Positions 11,490 to 23,207 of a stretch of 64,000 nt of DNA are shown here, one piece after another. The notes beneath the pieces are model-generated. The model had not been told where the DNA came from. It made no database searches and was given only the letters and a program-made list of their open reading frames with translations. Location: positions 62,001 to 126,000 of the forward strand of contig NW_005434660.1 in the NCBI RefSeq assembly GCF_000315625.1. Reading direction: 5' to 3'. The position numbers and the translations under genes are program-made. The first letter of the stretch is position 1; every line of letters begins with the position of its first letter. Source of the stretch: Guillardia theta CCMP2712 (taxonomy: Eukaryota > Protista > Cryptophyta).

Positions 11490-12056
11490 GAGCACAGCAT
11501 AAGTAAAACATATGGCTCTGTTTATACAATACAAAACGACTTGTAGTGCCAAATGGTACAAAGAACACAACATAAGTAAAATATATGGCTCTGTTTATAT
11601 AATACAGAACGACTTGTAGTGCCAAATGGTACAAAGAACACAACATAAGTAAAACATATGGCTCTGTTTATATAATACAAAAACTTATAGACCGTGTAAT
11701 GGTAGAAAGAACACAACATAAGTAAAATATATGGCTCTGTTTATATAATACAAAACGACTTGTAGTGCCAAATGGTAGAAAGAACACAACATAAGTAAAA
11801 TGGTAGAAAGAACACAACATAAGTAAAATATATGGCTCTGTTTATATAATACAAAACGACTTGTAGTGCCAAATGGTACAAAGAACACAACATAAGTAAA
11901 ACATATGGCTCTGTTTATATAATACAAAAACTTATAGACCGTGTAATGGTAGAAAGAACACAACATAAGTAAAATATATGGCTCTGTTTATATAATACAA
12001 AACGACTTTTAGTGCCAAATGGTAGAAAGAACACAACATAAGTAAAATATATGGCT
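11490..12056. repeat. AT-rich 73-bp tandem satellite with two unit variants
   Basis: The anchor cataag occurs at 11498, 11571, 11644, 11717, 11790, 11818, 11891, 11964 and 12037: 73-bp spacing with one 28-bp partial unit. Confidence 0.95.
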
Positions 12057-12407
12057 GACGCCCACGAGCTGCATCCAATGGTTGTCGGGCCTACGGTTAC
12101 CTGTTCTCTGACGTTTTCTTCGGCCCCCGATTTGAGGCCTCAACTGCTTCCTGGACCTGCATGTCCTCCAATCGGAGACTCTGACTTGGCCCTATACTCA
12201 TATCTAAAAAGATGGCCTAATCATGGGCCCAGGCTAAACTGTACTGAGTGCAGACCGATGACCGGCGCGGCCCGGACCCGCGGGGACCCGAGCTACGGAG
12301 TAGACGCCGAGACGTCTGTCAGTTTACTTGTACATGTTCAACGTCAGGTCGTTGCCAAGTTGGACCCGCACGCGTTAACGAAGGAAGGAGAGGAAAAGAG
12401 GAGCTGA

Positions 12408-15083
12408 CTAGCGGAGGATGGCGGCGATCGCAAGCCCAACAATAAACCCGACCAGGGTAGCGAAGAGAACAAAAGTCAAATCCCCCTCCTCCTCTTCCTC
12501 CTCGTTCTTCTCCTCCCCTTCTTGCCTTCTGCCCTTCAACTTGGAAGCAGATTCCCCTGACCAGGCTGGCGGGGCCTTGAAAGACGGAAAACCATCCGAG
12601 GAGGAGGTGGGAAGGCCTAGCTTGCTGCTGAGCCAGTCGAACGAGGAGGCAAAAGGCACCACCCACGTCCAGCTCTGCCTTCCGACGCTCTCCAGCAGGG
12701 CATTGAGCGGGAAGGACTCGAGGTGGAGCAGCTGCTGCAGCTCCAGGCGCAACAGGGCGAGCTGGATGGGAAGGACACCCAGCGGCTTCATGTGCCCGTA
12801 CTCCGCGTTCCTCGGCCGCATCCTAGCCGCCTGCATGGCCTCGAGGTAGAGAGTCTTGGCTCGAGTGAGGTTCCTTGCTGTTCCCCTGCCCTCCTCCGTC
12901 AGCCACGCGGCGTTGAAGAGCGAGTGCGGGTCCTCCTTGTTCATAAGGTAGTGCTCCAGCGCTGCCGCAAAGTTCTGCTCCCCTCCGACGCCGGTGTACT
13001 CCATGTCCCCCAGCCTCCTCCTGGCAAGACAGATCAGCACGGGACAAGCATCGAGATCAGCACGGGGCAAGCATCGAGATCAGCACAGGACAAGCATCGA
13101 CTGGCTCCGGACCTGCTGGGGGCATCCCCTTCGACGGCAGCGATGGAGTAGAGGGTCCTTGCAAGCGTCAGGTTCTGCTGCTGCGCATGAGCAACTCCCT
13201 GCTCCACCAGGTACGCCAAGTTGGCGATGCCGCTGGTCCAGCCACAAGCAGCTGCGAGCTTGTACCGCAGATACGCCCCGACGTGGTCGTTGGCCACGAA
13301 GGAAGTCTCTGCCTTGGTCAGCAGGAAGCTCAGCAGGCCTCGCTCGGCCACAAATTTGAAGGCTCGCGCGGCCTCAGCGTGCGACTTTGCCCTCCCCTCC
13401 CCTCCCTCCGCCATCAAGCCCAGATGCCAGACAGCCGCTACCTCCCCTCTCCTCGCTGCGCCTTCCAGGAGGACGCGGGAGGAGGGGAAGTTGATCGCGT
13501 ATCCTAAGTCTCCCTGCCTGATCGCGGCCCCGAGCAGCAGCGATGCCTGCGTGTTCCCCACGTTTGCCGCCTCCTCCAGCAGACTTCGTGCCTTCCCGTG
13601 GTCGATCGAGATGTTTCCGCAGCCGCCATGCACGTAGCACAGCCCCATGTTCGTCTTCCCCCAGTGACTCCCAGCGGCCCCTGCGAACAAGACGGTGCTG
13701 AGCGTCTCGTTCCTGCGCATGCCAAGGCCGAGGAGCGCGAGAGTCCCGAGGTTGAGCTTCTGTTTCACGTCCCCGCCCCTGGCACTGACGGCTGCAGCCT
13801 TGCTGGCTCCCTCGAAGTCTCCGCGAGGGACGGAGTGATCCCGCCCCCACACATAGGAAGTGAAGATCCTGTCAAGAGCGTACAAGAAATCCTGCTGGAA
13901 CGTCGAGAGGTCCCTCTCCCGCGACCCAGCAAATTCACTCCAGCCCACCCCCTTGCCCGCTAGAGCTTCTGATCGATAATCTTCCGACAAATCCTCTAAG
14001 ATTTGCGATAAATCGTCGTACTCGAAGAGTCTCGCAGTCCCCTGCCTCCTCCTCCCTTTCCTCTCGCTCACGAAAGTGCTCCAGAGCGTCTCGCTTGTCC
14101 GAACTGAGATCTCAGCTGCTATCTGTCAAGGATATAAATCACTCCTTGTCAGGAAATTCATCCCTGCTATGCACACGAACATGTCCATTGCAAAAACCAC
14201 AAAACAACCTGCACTACTTGCAAACACACCAACATTTCTCCTTCGATCAAAATACCACAGAACTCCTGACAGAACTCTCACTTCACCTTGTAATGTTTCA
14301 TCGCTCTCGTCAGATTCTGCTCAACACCTAGTCCTCTCCAGAAACGAAAACCCATCGCCATGTGGCATATCGGATGTCCAACCCCTCCCGCCATGGTTTC
14401 GTCGGCACAGTCCCGCAGGTCAGGCGGAGCCTCCGGATCCAGAGGGTTCGGGTGACTGAGGATGGAGTAAAGAGCCTTAGCATGGAGGTTTCCTTGTCGA
14501 GCAGCGAGCAGGAGACGGTCAAGTCCCCTCCTCACCCTCCCCTCGCTGTTCTCTTCCCCATGTTCAACACCGAACAGCTCGCCGACAGCGGTCAGCAGCG
14601 CGTCTCCCTTGCACTCTCCCTCGCACTTCCCTCCCTCCTCCTCCTCCTCCACTACTGCCGCCACCTCCTTCTCGGGATCTGCAAGCTGGCCGCCAGTGCC
14701 ACGTCGCTCCACAGGCTCGAGCACCTGCCTTGCTAGTCAACTTGCCTTCACTCGACTCTCAACAAGCCTGCAGGGGGAGAAGCGACTTGGGCTTTCCTCG
14801 TATGATCCCGTCAAACTCCCGGATGGTCTCAACAGCTGGAGAAGCTCTATTGGGTGGCCTTGAAGGAGAGGAGCACGTGAACGTTCTCATGATGGGATTC
14901 ACACAGCTCGACGGGTTTCTCTCACGATCTGCATGATGGAGGGCAGTCATTTCTTTCCCTTCAACAGCAGCATCACATCAACAACCACACCTATCGCAAA
15001 GATCTTGATCTTGAACGTTCCGGCCTCGTGCACGACAGCGTTGAAATGTAGCAGCCCTTCACGGATCGGCAGCTCCATCTGAT

Positions 15084-15114
<31 letters not shown>

Positions 15115-15481
15115 TCAGAATGTCTTGATGACTTCGATCCCTACACAAAGGTTGCAAGACATGACAAGGTCTACCGGATTGTTCGAACCGACGTAAACAA
15201 GAAGAGCAAGGGTGTCGTCAGGTCTAGACGCGTCGACCCCAACGCTCTTCCACTCTCTGTCAGCTTCACCTCAACTCGTCTTCTCTGCCTCTCACCTCGA
15301 TCACCACCTGCACCTGACATGGCGTCCCTTCAAACGCTGCAGCAGCCGGAGGCGAATGCAGGATCATGTAGCGCTGCGCCGGCCTGAGGTCGAGCGGGAA
15401 AGGCTTCTTGTCCTCTGATGCAGCATTGACCAGCACCGATGACAGATTGGACAAGCAGAGGAAGAGGAAGACGAAGAGCAT
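12408..15481 (-). CDS. SEL1-repeat type I membrane protein, HRD3/SEL1L-like (ERAD)
   Basis: Signal peptide MLFVFLFLCLSNLSSVLVNA; several Sel1 repeats (MGFRFWRGLGVEQNLTRAMKHY, LGLMAEGGEG..SHAEAARAFKFVAERG, SLFNAAWLTEEGRGTARNLTRAKTLY); C-terminal TM segment LTFVLFATLVGFIVGLAIAAIL. Confidence 0.8.
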
Positions 15482-15777
15482 TATGTGATCGGTCTTACGA
15501 GGCATGTGGGAGAGTACCACCTTGCTGCTCGTCTTGTCTTGTTGTAAACCAGGGATCGGATGCGAGAAAGAGCAGCAGGTCATTGAACGGGTGAGACATC
15601 GCATGTTGTTGTGAGATGCACCAAGTCTTCTGCCTCACATGCAAGAACTACAGCTCTCCTCTCTTTCATCTCTCTCTCCTTCGTACCCTGCCGCTCGTCT
15701 CCTTCCTCCTTCCAAGTCCAGCCTATTCCGCACATTCATAGATCGTCGTCCATGTTTTTCTCAGTTCAGCCTACTGT

Positions 15778-15840
15778 TGGAGGAGCAGGAGGAGCAGGAG
15801 GAGCAGGAGGAGCAGGGGGAGCAGGAGCAGGGGTAGGGAT

Positions 15841-15924
<84 letters not shown>

Positions 15925-15940
15925 AGCAGTAGGAGGAGGG
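15778..15940 (+). repeat. (GGAGCA)n hexanucleotide microsatellite, intergenic
   Basis: Directly visible. Confidence 0.9.
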
Positions 15941-15989
15941 TGTTGGTGGGAAAGGAATAATGAGCAGCATGGGGTGCAGAAGATGTCTA

Positions 15990-16260
15990 GAAATTGTTTG
16001 CTGCCCTACTCTACTGCTAGTTCTCTTTGGAGACTACCCCCACCTGCTTCCATTACCGTACCCTTCTTTATAACACCCCCGAAAAGGTATCACCCTACCC
16101 TAGAAGATTCCCAATTCAACGTTCTTCAGTCCTGATACCCCTTATTTCCCATTGTATTACCCCACAATCCACAGCAGATCAATCATTGAAATTATGACTA
16201 CCCTTGCACTAATGACCCCCACCACCCTCTTCTCAGTACCACCCCTAACCAACTGAGAGG
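15990..16260 (+). promoter_or_regulatory. TACCC/ACCCTACCC-rich patch in a divergent intergenic region
   Basis: Dense C-run motifs, with similar patches at 21140-21340, 24925-25010, 31910-32190, 56650-56730 and 61890-62260. Function is inferred from position only. Confidence 0.4.
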
Positions 16261-16721
16261 CGCCGGCCGCCTGCGGAATTATGACGAATGGCGGGAGGAG
16301 GTAAGGGGAGGAGGAGGAAAAGGAGGAGGAAAGAGGAAAGAACAGGCTGAAGAAGCAGCCATGAAGGTCAAGGAAGATGGTATGATTGGGGAGGAAGGAG
16401 GGGAGGAAGGAGGAGGGGCAGCAGGGGCAGTAAGGAGATTGTGTCGAGGACGTGCTCTTGCAGTAGACGGACAGATCAAGTGCCTTTGTGTGAGAGATAG
16501 TGCGAATCAGGGGGGCTGTGATGCTTCTTGGCAATGTTTGTTGATGTACTCTTGTGGTTTTACCTCGACGTCTCATGCGAACTGTTACTTTCGAACCATC
16601 CGATATACAAGGCTCTAACTCCCGTGCTGGGATCCTCAGCCATGTCGATGGTTTTCTTGTGTTGTGGCAAGGAAAACTGCGACTTTCTAGTCTTTTTGTG
16701 CATCATACACGAGTTTGCCTC

Positions 16722-18501
16722 ATGAGTTCGGCTTTTACATCTCTATTTGTACATGTCTGTTCAACTCCGCGTTGATAGCGCTAACAGGTGGTTGACGGTC
16801 TTGGTTGGGATCTGCTGCGCCTCTTTTGCCCACTCGCTTCACAGTGCTTCTGCTACCCTCGGCCTCAGCAAACTTGAGAACCTCAGCCTGAGGGGCGGGG
16901 GATTCGGTCCTTTCTTCAAGAAGCCTCCTCCTCCCCCCCCTCCTCCTGCTCCTGTCAGGAAGTCAATCATGGACATGCTACCAGTCAGCTTCACGGAGCT
17001 TTCAGCTGTGGTCCTTATGGCAGCCATCACCCACCTCTCTAAGCCGAGCAGCTTCCATCCCATCGGCGCTCCTCACACCATCCAGCATGTCTTCTACTAC
17101 GGTTGGATCGCAGCGCTCTCGACGGGCCTCGGGGTCATCCCGCTCCTGTTCATGCACAAGATTCAGGATGTCTGGCTTGGCCTGTCCAACGCTGTTGCTG
17201 CTGGCATGATGATCTCCGCCTGCTATCACCTCGTCGAGGAGGGGCTCACTCTAGAGCCTGACGGTTCAACCTTGTTCAACATGGCTGTCTCGCACCCTGT
17301 CAGGGTGGTAGCTGGACTGCTGCTGGGGGCCGGGTGAGGGAGGGAGGGGAGGGGAGCAGGGGTAGTGATCTAAATTGTTTCCCGTGCTCAGATTCGTGAT
17401 CTCGTCCAAGTCATGGATTGAGAAGCACGAGGATCTCAAATTCGGGAGCCTCACAGGGAAAGATCTCAGAAAAGTTTTCCTCATGGTTGCCGTCATGACC
17501 CTCCACTCCTTCTCTGAGGGACTGGGTACGTCTTCCGCCTGCCCCTCCTGTGCTGACTAGCTTCCAGGGATCGGAGTCAGTTTCACGGGCAAGGATGGAG
17601 CACACTTGGGTGCGATGGTGACGGGTGAGGGAGAGCAGGTGGTCGACTCGTCACGTCGTGACTGTCTGTTCTTGCAGCCACACTTGCCATGCACAACATC
17701 CCGGAGGGTTTGGCTGTCGCCCTCGTGCTCATGCCCAGAGGAGGTCATATTTCCCTCCCTCCCTTCCCCTCCTTCCTCCCCCTCCCTCACATCACCTCCC
17801 TCCCTCCTTTCCTCCCGTGCCCTCCCTTCCTTCCCTTCTCTCTCTCCTCTCTATGTAGAAGATGAACGTTTTCTCAACAGTCAGCAAGTTCAGCACCATC
17901 TTGTGGGCAATCTTCACCAGCATGCCTCAGGTGACCATGAGGATTAGCCCATATGAGCTGATCTTTTATAACAGCCGCTGATCGCCGTGCCTGTCTTCAT
18001 CTTCGCTCGCCATTTCATCTTCTGGCAATCTGTCGGTACGTTGCAATTCCTACCACTTGTGCTATACAGAGGGGCGAGCTTTGTTGGCATGAACGATTTC
18101 TCCTCCTCCTTCCTTCCTCCTCCTCCTTGCTTTCTCCTCTTCTTCCCTTTCTCCTCTTTCTTCCCTTTCTCCTCTTCCTCCTCTTCCTCCTCTTCCTCCT
18201 CTTCCCTTCGTCGTTCTTCTTTCCCTACCTAACACTTATACCTCATGCTCTCCTAGGACTGGGGTTTGCGGCTGGTTCCATGCTTTGGGTCACATTCTTC
18301 GAGTTGTTGGCGGACGCCATGAAGGTCAGCAGCTTTACAGCTCTCGCTTCCTCTGATCTCCCAGCAGGACCTCTCCTTGTCAACAACCGCCTTGACAACG
18401 GTGTGCGTTTACTTGCTGTGTTGTCCCGGTGACGAACGTGGCAGGTTATGTCCTTCGCTGCTGGCCACCTTCTCCGGCATTGGCTCCCGGAGCCATCGTA
18501 G
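16722..18501 (+). CDS. ZIP-family (ZupT/GufA-type) metal transporter with signal peptide and LSLRGG presequence
   Basis: AALSTGLG, NAVAAGMMI, TLHSFSEGLG, AMHNIPEGLAVA and GFAAGSML are ZIP signature motifs; short GT-AG introns. Confidence 0.9.
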
Positions 18502-18689
18502 GGACGATGTTGAATTCTATCCAGTACAATACAATGTAGGAAGCAGAAGCTGCGAAGATTGGCAGACTGGTGTGTGCGATTTGAGCAAGACAGACGTAGA
18601 TGCCCATGTGTTCAACTTGCAGCCATGAGGGCGTTTTCACTTCAATCATCAGTATAAAGAATATCACATGGGCTAGGCAGGGAGGACGA

Positions 18690-20885
18690 TCATCTCAGAA
18701 TAAGATCCAAGTTCTTACTCAACACGTTTGATACCAGCTCGTTCGCTGTGTTCCCCACCATGGCTCCAGCTCGCAAGTCTTCCTTGTAGATGGCATAGAA
18801 CATGCCGAAGAGTTTCGTCTTGCAAGTTTCATACCTGCAGTCTTTACGGTCTATTCGTTCTCCCAGTTGTTTTCCAATGCAATCAAGCACCAGCGCCTTG
18901 TTTGCCTCACTTACTCGTGAAGCTCCCGTGGGCTTTGCAGGGGGCTTGGAATATTTTTCTTTCTTCTGCTGCACCGCAGAAGCTCGTGGAGCAGGAGGAG
19001 GCAGAGACTGAGTAGTTCCCCCAGGTCGCCCCATTCTTCCTTCGCTCAAGGTTGCTGTCTTGCCTTTCACCGGCGCGACACTAATCTCCTTGCTGTTCTC
19101 TGAGCGACGGCGAACTCGTCTCAGCTCCAATTCTACATCTTCCCAGTCGTCGAAACAATAGTCGACTCCATGCGTGCGCTTCGGGTATTGTGGAATTACA
19201 CAATCAAAACCGTCAGCGCCTCGAAAATGCTCAACTGTTGGATGGAAGTTACTGTCACTCATGTCGAAAGCATCGCAGAATCTTGAGTAGTCGACCAATG
19301 TCTCGTGCACCCCTTGATCGTCAAAGTTTGGAGAGACCTTTTGACAAAATGCCTGAGTGTTGAATTTCTTCAATGCAGATCTGATCTTCTTTGCTGCGAG
19401 GTCTCTTGACTCCGGGAAAGGAGGAACTTGATGGTTCTGATTCACTTTTTGAACAGGACTGAGCTGAGAGGAGACGGTTTGTAACTGATGCAGACCCTTT
19501 TCAAAATCCAGGATGATTGGTCGCTCTTTGAAGGATGAAGAAAACTGTGAAATGATAGAGCTGCACTCCATCGCAATTTCCTGTTCATAATATGAGAGAA
19601 GACGATTTCGCATGTCACTTTTGTTCAAATCAAACACACAGTCCTTCAAAATGGCATTGTCAACAGAAGCATCTTTCGTATCTACAGATGCTTCAATGGT
19701 CCTTAACCCCGTTGGAATAGCAGATTTCATCTCCTCAAGCAATGCAGAACCTATTCTGAAATCATAGTTCTTGATAGAATCGTAGTTCTTCAAAATTGTA
19801 ATTCGCCATGAGCCATCCTGACAGCTCTGATGGATGACCAATAATGTTTCACAGTCATCCAACTTTGTGAAATCAGCTTCAAGAATGTGATCTCGAGAGC
19901 CTTTCTCCAAAATTTGCCGAGAAACTACCTTGAGAGGATGTTCCAAGATCTTTTTATAACTACTTAGTTTACAAAGAAAGCCCATATTCCCCTGTGACAT
20001 CTGCAAAAGGTTTTTGAATTTTTCAGCGACAATGTCCCTTTCAAGAAATTCAAGATTCAAAACTGCGGCAAAAAAATGGATGGGGATTGTCAACATGTCA
20101 ATGGGCTTTAAGATTTCTATCGTATTTGCATAAATTGTCAATTCATCTGTTGTTGATTTTGTGTGCTGCTTGCAGAGTTCATAATTGCAAAAGTTGCCAT
20201 TCTGACGGACAAATTGAACCTTGCACTTATGTCGAATGGATGTGCTAGGTCCTAGAAGATCAAACACCATCTGACCTCTCCATTCCGTTGACCATCTCAG
20301 GATGTCTTCGACCTTGGGCCAAATCTTTTCATCCATCGAACATTCTTCCACAACAGCAGGGTTGACAGCATATTGCAAGAATTCTTTTGAGATTTCCGTG
20401 CAATCTGCTTTCAGTAATTCCTGCCAATCCTTCAAGTTGTCTCGGCACTTCGGGTCTGTCAAGTCATCAGGGCAAACTACTATTCGAACACTGGCACCAA
20501 AACAATCCACAGCAGTAATCAAAGGAGCAAACATGATCAGAGCTTCTCCTTGTTCCAAGCTGTAGGAACCATCGGTCAGCCATATGATATCCAGCAAGCT
20601 GTTGCCTTTGATGTCTTGCAGTAGCTGCATCACGACCTCATCGAGGCTTTTGCTAGTCAAATGTTCACCCGTTAATCCTGATCGCTCATGGAGCTCAAAC
20701 CAGCTACACCATGACGTGGCAGAGTAGGATCTGCTCACTGCAGCAACGCGAGAGGCAGAGACATCGAGTCCGTGGTCTTCCAGCAGCTTCAGGACAGCTG
20801 AGGAAGATAAAAGCTCGAGCAACGGACTTCGGTCTTGATCTACGATGAAAAGGTGATGACGGACGTTTGAAACGATCATCACCAT
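18690..20885 (-). CDS. MTBP/Sld7-like replication origin-firing factor, 731 aa, single exon
   Basis: Long uninterrupted ORF. HGVDYCFD resembles the MTBP HGIEYCLD motif. The C-terminal CKTKLF...YKEDL resembles the MTBP C-terminal domain. The N-terminus is vWA-like (LFIVD, DIIWLTDG). Recognised from memory of the family. Confidence 0.65.
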   Translation of the reverse strand: MVMIVSNVRHHLFIVDQDRSPLLELLSSSAVLKLLEDHGLDVSASRVAAVSRSYSATSWCSWFELHERSGLTGEHLTSKSLDEVVMQLLQDIKGNSLLDIIWLTDGSYSLEQGEALIMFAPLITAVDCFGASVRIVVCPDDLTDPKCRDNLKDWQELLKADCTEISKEFLQYAVNPAVVEECSMDEKIWPKVEDILRWSTEWRGQMVFDLLGPSTSIRHKCKVQFVRQNGNFCNYELCKQHTKSTTDELTIYANTIEILKPIDMLTIPIHFFAAVLNLEFLERDIVAEKFKNLLQMSQGNMGFLCKLSSYKKILEHPLKVVSRQILEKGSRDHILEADFTKLDDCETLLVIHQSCQDGSWRITILKNYDSIKNYDFRIGSALLEEMKSAIPTGLRTIEASVDTKDASVDNAILKDCVFDLNKSDMRNRLLSYYEQEIAMECSSIISQFSSSFKERPIILDFEKGLHQLQTVSSQLSPVQKVNQNHQVPPFPESRDLAAKKIRSALKKFNTQAFCQKVSPNFDDQGVHETLVDYSRFCDAFDMSDSNFHPTVEHFRGADGFDCVIPQYPKRTHGVDYCFDDWEDVELELRRVRRRSENSKEISVAPVKGKTATLSEGRMGRPGGTTQSLPPPAPRASAVQQKKEKYSKPPAKPTGASRVSEANKALVLDCIGKQLGERIDRKDCRYETCKTKLFGMFYAIYKEDLRAGAMVGNTANELVSNVLSKNLDLILR

Positions 20886-21389
20886 TACGCGATCGCACTT
20901 GCAAGGGATTCCTTCTTCTCACTGCATGTCTGTCTTGCTCTTCATACTTTCCTCTCCGTTCGCTCCCTCCTCCCTCTCAAGATCCCTTCCCTCCTCTCGG
21001 CCCTTCCATTCCCGCCAAAACACCGCATCTTACCACGACTGTCAGTGCTACCGGCCTTTAACCGGCCCCCGGGCCCGGGCCCGATTACTCGATTATCGCC
21101 TCCGACAGCCTTTACTCAAAGTTACAGCCAGTCCGTCAGCCTTATATCCCCCTACCCCTCCGCAAACCACAGGACCCTACCGTACCCAGGCCTTTCCCTC
21201 GTCACTACCCACCACCTGCTCCTGTGGGAGTAAAATGTCCTCTGAAATACATGCGAGTACCCCTGCATGAGAGTAACAACCCTACCCGCTAATGTGCTAC
21301 AGAGCACCCGCCCCCTGCCACCCCTCCAAAATACCTTAAAATGGAGGAAGAGCGCAGGTGAAAATTGGCAGGTGAGGCAGGGACGAAGC

Positions 21390-21585
21390 AGAGGAGCAGG
21401 CAGAGGAGCAGGGAGTATGGGAGGAGGGAGCAGGGAGCAGGGAGCAGGGAGCAGGGAGCAGGGAGCAGGGAGCAGGGAGCAGGGAGCAGGGAGCAGGGAG
21501 CAGGGAGGAGGATAGGAAGGAGGGAGCAGGGAGGAGGATAGGAAGGAGGGAGCAGGGAGCAGGGAGCAGGGAGCAGGGAGGGAAG
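21390..21585 (+). repeat. (GGGAGCA)n heptanucleotide repeat
   Basis: Directly visible. Confidence 0.9.
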
Positions 21586-21784
21586 GTGCAAGGATCAGGG
21601 GTGTGTACATGTTGGGATACCGCAACTAAGCTCAGCTCAAAGTTTGAGTCAGGAAATTGCATAGAGATGTTCAAAAGTCAGGAATTGAGTTTCGCAAGAA
21701 ATTTCATGACGTAACAACCAATTAATCTCCTCGGGTCGGTTTGCGGTGGCGTGGAAATGTGACTTGGCCTTCATATTCTTCTAG

Positions 21785-23092
21785 ATGAGGTCAAGACCGC
21801 CCGTGCTCGCAGGAGCCACCATGGTGTCTGCCGTCTTCTATGCTTCATACCCCGCACAAGGTAGTTACCTCTCGTCGGCAACTTCTTCTTTTGATCAGTC
21901 CTGCAAGGATTCATGCTGTCAACGCCAATTCATCGCAAAGTTGCGAGAATCTCCGGAAACTACAGGTGTGGAACTCGATTTGATCTGGATTCGATCTACC
22001 GATCTCTCTTGCGCTCATCAAATTATGATGAGTTGTCCCTGCCATCAGAAACAAGGGATTCCCCGCTTCCCTGCTTCGCTCAGATGATAAGATACAAATC
22101 CAGAGGCAATCTACGACGCAGCCTCGTTCCATTTATCCCGTCATGTCGCAGGTTGTTGGAGCTTCGACAAGGTGTGAGAAAGACTGACTGTAAGTCGACA
22201 GAACCGAATAGAACCAGAAAGTCAAGCAGAGAACATGAAACCTCGATCAGCCGTGGTGAGTTGCTTTCTGCCTCATTGTCAATCAAGGATCGTATTTCTC
22301 ATTGGCATCATCTTCACGCGTTTCTCTAGTCTCTTATTGCAGCCCTTGCTTCATCCTTCCTACATCCCTCATGCATCGCTGCAGGCCGTGGCAGGCTGCC
22401 GCCTCCTCCCATCGGGTGAGACTGAGTGGCTGCTGATCAAGCGCGGGAAGGTACGAGAGCGAACTCGAGGGGCTCGTCTGACTTGCAGGGAACAGCCGCC
22501 CTCCTACGGCGAGTGGAGTCTGCCGGGTGGATCAGTGGAGTTGGGCGAGAGCACTATAGCAGCAGCGAGACGCGAGGTGAGCGCCGTCAGAGGAGGGACG
22601 AGGGGCGCCTGAGTTACTGCCCAGCTGTGTGAAGAGACGAGGCTCTCGTCGAATGATGTGAAGTTCTTCGAAGATTCGTTCATGACTAGCGATGCTATTG
22701 TCAAAGATGCAAGAAGCGACGTGACGCTGTTCCATTACGTTATCGCTCAGCTGTTTGCCGAGATCAAGCCAGAGGTCTCTCCTGTCCTCCTCCTTCCCCG
22801 TTTCCTCCTCCTCCTCCTCCTCCTCCTCCTCCTCCTCCTCCTCCTCCTCCTCCTCTGGCGCCTTGTTGACCATGACGTAGGCTCAAGTGGTGGCGGGAGA
22901 TGATGCTCTAGACGTGGGATGGTTTACCAAGGAGAAGATCCGAGAATCTTCCTTCGGCGCAGTATGTCCTACCAAAAGTGTCCTGAGGGCGAGACTGGCG
23001 TTGACCCCAGTTGCCAGGTATCCCCGGGGGTGCTGAGGGTGGTGGAGAGAGCGGAAGAGCTCAGGAGGGCAGGATGTCTTAAGCTCGATTGA
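21785..23092 (+). CDS. Nudix hydrolase
   Basis: WLLIKRGK..PSYGEWSLPGGSVELGESTIAAARRE|LCEET forms the Nudix box across an intron; FHYVI lies downstream. Confidence 0.85.
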
Positions 23093-23128
23093 CCACTCTC
23101 CACTTCCTCCCCCCCCCTCTTCCTCCCC

Positions 23129-23175
<47 letters not shown>

Positions 23176-23207
23176 ACCACAACCGCTGGGGAAACACTCG
23201 ATGCGGA

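Larger units (their letters stand above)
5165..12349. mobile_element. Accessory island bounded by imperfect ~115-130 bp direct repeats (5165-5292 and 12236-12349)
   Basis: Both ends share agtgcaga...accggcgc...ggcccggacccg...aga(t/c)gccgagacgtctg...tcagtttac(c/t)tgtacatgttcaacgtcaggt. The interior is intron-poor with broken ORFs and includes a tyrosine recombinase. Confidence 0.6.

Noticed and set aside
11490-12056. CRISPR-like repeat/spacer appearance
   Set aside because: Only two recurring variable cassettes, no unique spacers, no cas genes, and a eukaryotic context. It is a satellite.
13030-13100. 23-bp triple repeat in the SEL1-like gene
   Set aside because: Appears to be an intronic minisatellite at the junction of two coding ORFs, with no sign of function.
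15611-16135. Gly-Ala repeat (fibroin-like) ORF
   Set aside because: An intergenic GGAGCA microsatellite with no other coding evidence.
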